Positions 30,078 through 36,832 of a DNA stretch of 64,000 nt are shown piece after piece; the first letter of the stretch is position 1, and every line of letters begins with the position of its first letter. The position numbers and the translations under genes are program-made. The notes beneath the pieces are model-generated. The model searched no databases. It had not been told where the DNA came from and saw only the letters and a program-made list of their open reading frames with translations. Origin of the DNA: Myxococcales bacterium (GTDB lineage Bacteria; Desulfobacterota; Binatia; HRBIN30); the NCBI GenBank assembly GCA_037445065.1, contig JBBILD010000011.1, positions 32,001 through 96,000 of the forward strand. Reading direction: 5' to 3'.

Positions 30078-31460
30078 ATGGCTTCTACGGAAAAACGCAA
30101 AAAAGGGGCAAGCGAAATCACCAAGGGTCGTGCCCGCCGGGTTTGGAAGGTCGGCGAATTGGCCACTTCTGTCGGCAGCAGTTATTTGTGGCACGCGATT
30201 CGGGCGCCGTTTCGCTCGGCTAGTGAGCGCGAGCAAGATCTGCTCGAGACCCATATCAAAAACGCCATGCGCATTGTCGAGGGCTCGAAAGAGCTGCGCG
30301 GGGCGTTCACCAAGCTGGTGCAAATGTTGTCCATGCGGGACGACATCTTGCCCGCGGAGATGCTGTCGGTGCTGTCCACCGTCCAATCACAAGTGCCACC
30401 GATGGAATACGCGCTCATTCGTAAGCAAATCGAGCGCGAACTCGGTAAGCCCCCGGAAGAGTTGTTTGCACACTTCGAACCGGAAGCGTTCGCGGCCGCC
30501 TCGCTCGGGCAAGTCCATCGTGCCCGCCTTCGCAGTGGAGAAGAGGTGGTGGTCAAGGTCCAATACCCGGGGGTAGAAGACACGGTCAAGCAAGACCTGC
30601 AAAACATCAAGGCGCTGCTCCAAGTGATCACGCTGATTGGCCGCGATGTCATGCGCCAGCGGGTGGACGCTTCCGACGTCTACCGCGAACTCGAAGAACG
30701 ACTGTACGAGGAACTCGACTACCAGAACGAGGCGCGCAACATCGAGCGGTTTCGGAAAATGTTCCGGGATGACGACGAGGTCGTGATCCCGCGTGTGTAC
30801 CCGCAGTACACCTCGCGCCGAGTGCTCACCATGGAGTACGTCGAAGGCTACCCGTTGGCTACGGTGCTCGGTCCGGGCGTGGACCAAGAAATCAAGGATT
30901 GGGTGGCGCGCAAGTTCTTCCGGATCGTTTGGCGGCAAATCTTCGAGTATGGCACGTTGCACACAGATCCAAACCCGGGGAATTACTTGGTCACGTACCA
31001 CCCGAAACTAGTCATCCTCGATTTCGGTTCGATTCGCATTTTCCCAGAGCCGATTCGTAAGGCCTATTTAGAACTCGCCGCGGCGTTGCTGCGCAACGAT
31101 GAACAGAAGATGGCGCAGTGCTTCCTCGTGCTGGACTTCCTGGATCCAGACCAAGACCCGGCGCCGATGATCCGCATCATGCGGATCATTTTCGAGCCAG
31201 TGCTTGTCGACCGGCCGTTCAACCCGCGCGACTACAACGTGGTCGAGCGCGGCATCGAAGTGGCGCGAATCGCCATCGAGCATCGGATCTTCAAGGACCC
31301 GGGACACCGCGTGTTTCTGGTGCGGGCGCTGGTCGGGCTGGATACGTACCTCAAACAAGCAGGGACCGTGGCCAATTGGCACCGGGAGTTTCGCGCCTGT
31401 GTGGAAGCTGCCCTGGAGCGCGAAACCCAAGTTCGGGGACGAGGGGCGAGCCGCCTATAA
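30078..31460 (+). CDS. UbiB/ABC1/COQ8 atypical kinase
   Basis: 'FAAASLGQVH', 'VKVQYPG', 'ELDYQNEA', 'HTDPNPGN', 'LDFG'. Confidence 0.92.
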   Translation: MASTEKRKKGASEITKGRARRVWKVGELATSVGSSYLWHAIRAPFRSASEREQDLLETHIKNAMRIVEGSKELRGAFTKLVQMLSMRDDILPAEMLSVLSTVQSQVPPMEYALIRKQIERELGKPPEELFAHFEPEAFAAASLGQVHRARLRSGEEVVVKVQYPGVEDTVKQDLQNIKALLQVITLIGRDVMRQRVDASDVYRELEERLYEELDYQNEARNIERFRKMFRDDDEVVIPRVYPQYTSRRVLTMEYVEGYPLATVLGPGVDQEIKDWVARKFFRIVWRQIFEYGTLHTDPNPGNYLVTYHPKLVILDFGSIRIFPEPIRKAYLELAAALLRNDEQKMAQCFLVLDFLDPDQDPAPMIRIMRIIFEPVLVDRPFNPRDYNVVERGIEVARIAIEHRIFKDPGHRVFLVRALVGLDTYLKQAGTVANWHREFRACVEAALERETQVRGRGASRL

Positions 31461-31475
31461 GCCACAGGTGCGGCG

Positions 31476-32021
31476 ATGAATTGGCGGCACGCCGCACTGT
31501 ACTGGCTTGCCTTCGCGGTGTTGGCAGTTGCCTATTGGCTGAGCGGGCCGACTGAGCGCTTTCCGGAGGGTCCGCGTTCACGGCCAGAAACCGAGGGAAC
31601 TGCTTGGACCGATCGTGTTCAGTCGGTCGTCGTGGAATCTACGCGGGGGCAAGTACGCGCGAATCGACAGGCTCAGGAATGGCGCACCGAGGGCGGGCGT
31701 GTGGTCACCGCTTTAGTGCTTGCCTTGCTCGAAGCGGTGGCCGAGCAAGAGCAACGGGAAGCGATCTCGGCGGATCCGAGCGATTCGGAGCTTCGTGCCT
31801 TCGGCTTGAGCGAACCCGCGGTGCGCCTGATCTTCGAGTTCGGTTCCGGCGAGCCCCCGCTGCGCATTCAGTTGGGGGCGCGAAACCCAGCGGGCACCGC
31901 TGTTTACGCGCGAACGGACAGGAGTGCGGCCGTCTTCTTGTGGGGCATGCAGCCGGCGTACTACGCCGAGCTGCTTCAGGAACAAGACACTCGGGGAACG
32001 CCTTCAGCCAGCGGGCCCTGA
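31476..32021 (+). CDS. DUF4340-like membrane-anchored protein
   Basis: N-terminal TM; 'LRAFGLSEP', 'LGARNPAGTAVYAR'; usual partner of GldF/GldG-like genes. Confidence 0.7.
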   Translation: MNWRHAALYWLAFAVLAVAYWLSGPTERFPEGPRSRPETEGTAWTDRVQSVVVESTRGQVRANRQAQEWRTEGGRVVTALVLALLEAVAEQEQREAISADPSDSELRAFGLSEPAVRLIFEFGSGEPPLRIQLGARNPAGTAVYARTDRSAAVFLWGMQPAYYAELLQEQDTRGTPSASGP

Positions 32022-32057
32022 AACAGGGACGGCCAAAAGAGGCGCCAGATACCGATC

Positions 32058-32558
32058 CTACGCTGCTTCCGAAGCCTTTTGGCGAGCGGCCGACTTCTTC
32101 CGGCGTCGGGGCACGAAGGGAAGAATCTTATGCCGGCGTGCGGCGCGCAGTCGAACCCGACCGATCTTTGCCCGCTGCTCTGGAGGCTGGGCGAGGAGTT
32201 CGTCCTTCCACTTCTTCAGGTTCCTGCGGAAATACTCGGCATCGATGTCGAGCACGCTGCAAATGGACTCGAACGAGAACACCCAGCTGTTGTCCTCGTC
32301 CATGAACCACTCCTCCGCCTCTTGGAAGAGCCGGCGCGAGCGGGGGCGCGTAGCACCAGCGTACTTTTGGAAACAAGCCACTGCGTCTTCGAGAATTGCC
32401 AGCATCAACCTGCGCTCGCCTTCCAGGACCCGTAGGTGACGATTCCGGGTGTAAAACTGCGAGGGCAGCAACACTTCCGGTTCCACAAGTCGGGACGAAC
32501 CTCCCCGCGAACTGGTTCCGTCGTACTCTCTGGACTGCCGCAAGGGCGTGGACTCCAT
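32058..32558 (-). CDS. Conserved-looking hypothetical protein (LLPSQF...ERRLMLAILEDA...FSFESIC type)
   Basis: GGAGGAAGAG RBS; compact helical core, basic C-terminal tail. Confidence 0.75.
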   Translation of the reverse strand: MESTPLRQSREYDGTSSRGGSSRLVEPEVLLPSQFYTRNRHLRVLEGERRLMLAILEDAVACFQKYAGATRPRSRRLFQEAEEWFMDEDNSWVFSFESICSVLDIDAEYFRRNLKKWKDELLAQPPEQRAKIGRVRLRAARRHKILPFVPRRRKKSAARQKASEAA

Positions 32559-32605
32559 TCGGCTCTTCCTCCTTCCGTACGGACCAAAATTGTTAGGCGT
32601 TTTCC

Positions 32606-32622
32606 TGCACGGCGAATGCCAA
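32606..32622 (-). promoter_or_regulatory. Candidate sigma54 (-24/-12) promoter
   Basis: Minus strand TTGGCATTCGCCGTGCA, GG-N10-GC, about 48 nt upstream of the ATG at 32558. Confidence 0.6.
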
Positions 32623-32763
32623 CCGCAACGCGCTTTCGAATCAAACGAGAATCCGAACTAGGTTTCGGCTTGGAGTTCGAGATGCCATCGTGCTGAAATT
32701 CCTTTGTCCTGAAACAGTGCACCTAGACTGTTGTGAATTAAGACGATCCGGGGCGCTCGTGGC

Positions 32764-33909
32764 TCAAGGTAGGCCGAGAATTACGACGCAGGACACCGCG
32801 CCTGGCCCGCCCACGTTATGAGCGAGGCCGAGTTCGGGGGAGCGCACCTGCCGTTCGCCGCATTCTCCGCGCAACTGGGTGACGCATTCATAGATCATGC
32901 GCACACCGCTGGCGCCGATCGGGTGCCCAAAGGATTTGAGCCCACCGCTGGGGTTGATCGGGAGGTCGCCGTCAATACGGGTGCGGCCTTCCCGAACCCA
33001 TCCAGGGGCTTCTCCTTTGCGGCAGAAACCCAAGTCCTCCATGTTGGAAAGTTCCGTCCAGGTAAAGCAGTCATGCACTTCTGCAAAGTCAATGTCGCTC
33101 GGTTGTACACCGGCCATGGCGTAGGCTTGTTGCGCCGCCTGTTGGGTAGAGCGAAAGCCGAGGTAGTCGAAGGTCGGATCGAAGTACGGGCGCCCGGAGG
33201 TGACAGCCATTCCGAACCCTTTGACTAGGATAAAGTCTTTGCGAAAGCGCGGAGCGAGTTCGCGCTTGCAGAGGATGGCCGCCGCCGCCCCGTCGGTGGT
33301 GGGGCAGCAATCGAACAAGCCGAAGGGCCAGGCAATGATTGGCGCCTCGAGCACTCGCTGTTCGGTGATTTCCATGCGCAAATGTGCCTTCGGGTTTCGC
33401 GCGCCGTTGTAGTGGTTCTTCACTGCCACTTTGGCCAGCACGTCCCGCCCGACACCAAAGGTGTGCATGTACCGGTTGGCGGCGAGGGCGAAGAGGCCCG
33501 GTGCGGAGTTTCCCTTCGCGATCAGCGGGTGGCCGAGCCGGGGCAGACCGCGCCCAGGCCGATCTTTGAGCTTCTCGGCACCGAGGACCAAGACGATGTC
33601 GTACGTTCCCGAAGCGATGGCCAAACACGCGTTGCGAAACGCATCGGTGCCCGTCGCACAGTAGTTTTCGACGCGGGTGATGGGGCGGTCGTACAGGCGC
33701 AGCGCATCTGCCAGTGATACGGCTGCTTTGCCACCCGCGGGTCCCGGGAGGTAGGTGCCCAGGTAGGCGGCTTGGATTTCGGCCGGGTCAATGTTGGCAT
33801 CCGCGTAGGCGGAAAAGGCAGCGTCGCAGATCAAGTCTTCGTAGCTTTGCTCGAAGAGGTCGCCAAACTTTGTGCAGCCCACACCAATGACCGCAACCGT
33901 ATCTCGCAT
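32764..33909 (-). CDS. Thiolase, SCP2/archaeal type (acetyl-CoA acetyltransferase family)
   Basis: Catalytic Cys in 'VENYCATG', 'AEVHDCF', 'GHPIGASG', 'HNVGG'. Confidence 0.92.
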   Translation of the reverse strand: MRDTVAVIGVGCTKFGDLFEQSYEDLICDAAFSAYADANIDPAEIQAAYLGTYLPGPAGGKAAVSLADALRLYDRPITRVENYCATGTDAFRNACLAIASGTYDIVLVLGAEKLKDRPGRGLPRLGHPLIAKGNSAPGLFALAANRYMHTFGVGRDVLAKVAVKNHYNGARNPKAHLRMEITEQRVLEAPIIAWPFGLFDCCPTTDGAAAAILCKRELAPRFRKDFILVKGFGMAVTSGRPYFDPTFDYLGFRSTQQAAQQAYAMAGVQPSDIDFAEVHDCFTWTELSNMEDLGFCRKGEAPGWVREGRTRIDGDLPINPSGGLKSFGHPIGASGVRMIYECVTQLRGECGERQVRSPELGLAHNVGGPGAVSCVVILGLP

Positions 33910-33939
33910 GGGTTCTCCCTCGCTGTCTCAGGTAACGTA

Positions 33940-35340
33940 TTACCGTGGCGGGCGAGCTTTCCAAAAATAGTTGTAGTTGCCGCCGCCTTCGTGCAAGCGC
34001 CGATAGGTGAGTACCATGGGCGCGCCGATCTGCACCTCTTCCTCGCAGAAATCGGTGACTTGCAAGTACAGGCGCCCGCCCCCGTCCAGGTCCAGGACCA
34101 CCATGGGCAAAGGATGCTCGACGTTGGCGATCAAGTGGTCAACCGTGAAGCTGAACACTGTGCCCCGACGGGCGAGCTTTACCTCCTCGAGTTGTTCTCG
34201 CGCTTTGCAGCGAATGCAGACGCGCGCCAACGGGTACTGCACCGTGCCGCAAGCCGTGCAGCGGCTCCCGTACAAGCGGACGTCCTGCTTAAGCTCTTTG
34301 AATTCCAAGATGTTCGTAATCGCTTCGCCGCTCTCTTCGCGGGGTAGAACCCGGTGATACTTGAGGTATTTCGCATACGACGGCAGTGGCAGGCGCGCGT
34401 TCACCCAGTCCTGCACGCGGCGGGTGGGGCGCTGGCGTTCGACCTGCTCGGTGGTTCGCAGTAAAACAGCGTCGGCACCTTCACCGAACGCTGCCACGAT
34501 GATCCATTGGCCCGCGCTAGCCTGTTCCAGTGCTTGGGCTAGGCCGAAAAACGGGTCCGCAGCTCCGATACTACCCACTTGGGCAGCCGGGGGCAGGAGA
34601 AGCTGGTTTCGTTCATCGAACCCCACGCGTTTTGCCACCTCAACAGCCGCGCGAGGTTCTGGTGCATGGAGCACGAACTTCCACACCTGGGTCGGGCTGA
34701 GGCCGTTACGTTCGAGGAGGACCCGAATCGCCTCCGTCATGTCCCGGGCGTAGCCGTAGGACTGGGAGAACTTGCCTGGAAAAGCGCGCACGAAGACGCT
34801 GTCTTCGGTGCGCCACAGGTAGGTAAACTCCTCGGCAACAGAGGCTGCGTCTGTAACTTGAGCGACCCCGCCGTCTGCTCCCACCATCAGCGCTGCGGCT
34901 CCGTCCCCAAGCAGCCCCTCGATCTCGGACTCCGGTTCGGCCACGCGTGCCTCGCCTGCTGCCACCAGCACACCCCGGTTGGCCCCGCTGTCTACCGCCT
35001 GTACCGCCGCAACCAAGGCAGCGAGGCCGGCGCGAGCGGAGCCGGCAAAGTCAGCGGTGCGAGCAAGGCGTGGGAGGTCACAAACTGTGGCAGCAAAGGC
35101 AGCGAGCTGTTTTTCCCGGTACGGAGCGCTCGTACTTGCAAAGAAAAATCCGTCTACCCTGGCAGTGCTGCTCTCCAAGCAGTGTTGCGCAGCCTCGATT
35201 GCCATGGTGAAGGCGTCCTCGTCGTAATTGGCTACGGCAATTTCGCCCGACCGGGCTTCCTGTCCCCAGGCTTCCGCGATTGCCGCTCGAGGTAAGCGCA
35301 GCCGCGGAAGGTACGCACTATATGCTGTGATGCTTGCCAT
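33940..35340 (-). CDS. HMG-CoA-synthase-like domain (probably inactive) fused to DUF35 Zn-ribbon/OB-fold
   Basis: 'ANYDEDAFTMA', 'GDGAAAL'; C-terminal CTAC/CIRC + 'GTVFSFTV' + 'YFWKARP'. Confidence 0.85.
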   Translation of the reverse strand: MASITAYSAYLPRLRLPRAAIAEAWGQEARSGEIAVANYDEDAFTMAIEAAQHCLESSTARVDGFFFASTSAPYREKQLAAFAATVCDLPRLARTADFAGSARAGLAALVAAVQAVDSGANRGVLVAAGEARVAEPESEIEGLLGDGAAALMVGADGGVAQVTDAASVAEEFTYLWRTEDSVFVRAFPGKFSQSYGYARDMTEAIRVLLERNGLSPTQVWKFVLHAPEPRAAVEVAKRVGFDERNQLLLPPAAQVGSIGAADPFFGLAQALEQASAGQWIIVAAFGEGADAVLLRTTEQVERQRPTRRVQDWVNARLPLPSYAKYLKYHRVLPREESGEAITNILEFKELKQDVRLYGSRCTACGTVQYPLARVCIRCKAREQLEEVKLARRGTVFSFTVDHLIANVEHPLPMVVLDLDGGGRLYLQVTDFCEEEVQIGAPMVLTYRRLHEGGGNYNYFWKARPPR

Positions 35341-36832
35341 ACATCCACCTGCGAACTTGCCAGAAGAGAAGCGGGATCCCGAAAACGAACCAGAGCGAAC
35401 TCCCCGGGCGGGACCGCGGGTCAAGATTGCAACCTTCGCCACTCACACACACCCCTGCAGCGAAACAACGGGGTGTGGGAGTGTCCGATGGCCCTGGGGT
35501 TGGGGTTGTCGTGCGGGTTCGGGTAGGTGAGGGGGTGGGGGTCTCGGTCGGCGTGTCCGTTTGAGTTGGTGTGCGGGTGAAGGTGGCTGTGGTGGTAGCG
35601 GTTGCAGTGGGAGTCCGCGTCGGAGTCGCGGTGTTGGTGGGGGTAGCCGGAGGGAGGCTGCTGAGAAGGAAAGACAAGCTGTTCGCTCCGATCACAACCA
35701 GGTCCTCTTGGCCGTCACCGTCGAGTTCCCCTTGGCTGATCCGCGCCGCACCAGAAGGGGTGGTGCAGCGTCCAGAGGTCGGACTGTTCGCGAGGCAGAG
35801 GTTGGTGACTTCTTGGAACGAGCCGCCGCCGAGGTTTCTGAGGAACGCCACGGTCGCGTCGCCCGTGCTGAGGGTCGCGATATCGGGCAAGCCGTCCCGA
35901 AACCAGTCGAAGACTGCAAGACTGCGTCCGCGCAACAGTGGCGCGGACACTGCCGCGTTGCGCGGGGGCTGCCACTCGAGTTGTCCGTTCGTGGAAAAGC
36001 CAAACAGAACGACGGCAACTCGCCCGTCCACTGCCCCGCTTACGGTAGCGAGGTCTGTCACCCCGTTGCCATCCAAATCGGCGGCGACCAAATCAGTCGC
36101 CGACAAGCCTACGCTCTGGGTCCCAAAGAGAGAAAAGGATCGGGCGGGGAGCGGAAACGTGTCTTGGAGAAAGACAGACAGGTTGCCCGTGGCAGCGCTG
36201 ACAGCGGCGAGGTCTAGGCGGCCATCCTGGTTAAAATCGGCAGTGACCAGATCGCTGACCGGTCCGCCCGCTTCCATGGAAGAACCCAACTCAAAGGTTT
36301 CTTGCGTCCCGTAGAGCACCAAAATGGTGTTGTCGTTGCCGGTACCCACCACCAGATCGAGGCGCCCGTCTCGATCGAGGTCGCCCACCCGAACGGTGCG
36401 AGGATCCGTACCCGCAGACAACGCCGTGCCAGCCACCGCGAGGCTACCGTTCCCGTCGTTCGCCAGCAGCCAGACACCATTGCTTGCCGCAACAACCGCA
36501 TCCAGCCACCGGTCGCCGTTCCAATCAGCCAGGGCCAAACTGCGAGGGGCAGCGGGCACCGGGACTTGCGCAAAGCGAACAGCCCCCAGGCAGTCCCCGC
36601 TGGCAAAACGCTGGCGGTCGAGAAACGCGACCACGAGTTGGCTGGCTCGGTCGTCGGCAAGCACGAGGTCAACGGTCCCGTCTCGATTCAGATCTCCACT
36701 CGTCGCCGCAGCGATCGAGGCTGAGACCGGGACATCGCATGTCAAGAAGCGCGGTTCCTGCGCGCTTGCCGCGGTTGCTAGGAGGAAGGTGACTAAAGAG
36801 GTACCAAAGCGGAGCGAGGAAGCCGAAGTCAT
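35318..36832 (-). CDS. Secreted FG-GAP/VCBS-repeat protein with Pro/Thr stalk and C-terminal sorting-like tail
   Basis: Signal peptide; repeated 'D(L/F/W)(N/D)xDGxxD(L/I)'; PT-rich segment; 'GC' + hydrophobic + RR; ATGA overlap with the upstream gene. Confidence 0.85.
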   Translation of the reverse strand: MTSASSLRFGTSLVTFLLATAASAQEPRFLTCDVPVSASIAAATSGDLNRDGTVDLVLADDRASQLVVAFLDRQRFASGDCLGAVRFAQVPVPAAPRSLALADWNGDRWLDAVVAASNGVWLLANDGNGSLAVAGTALSAGTDPRTVRVGDLDRDGRLDLVVGTGNDNTILVLYGTQETFELGSSMEAGGPVSDLVTADFNQDGRLDLAAVSAATGNLSVFLQDTFPLPARSFSLFGTQSVGLSATDLVAADLDGNGVTDLATVSGAVDGRVAVVLFGFSTNGQLEWQPPRNAAVSAPLLRGRSLAVFDWFRDGLPDIATLSTGDATVAFLRNLGGGSFQEVTNLCLANSPTSGRCTTPSGAARISQGELDGDGQEDLVVIGANSLSFLLSSLPPATPTNTATPTRTPTATATTTATFTRTPTQTDTPTETPTPSPTRTRTTTPTPGPSDTPTPRCFAAGVCVSGEGCNLDPRSRPGSSLWFVFGIPLLFWQVRRWMYGKHHSI

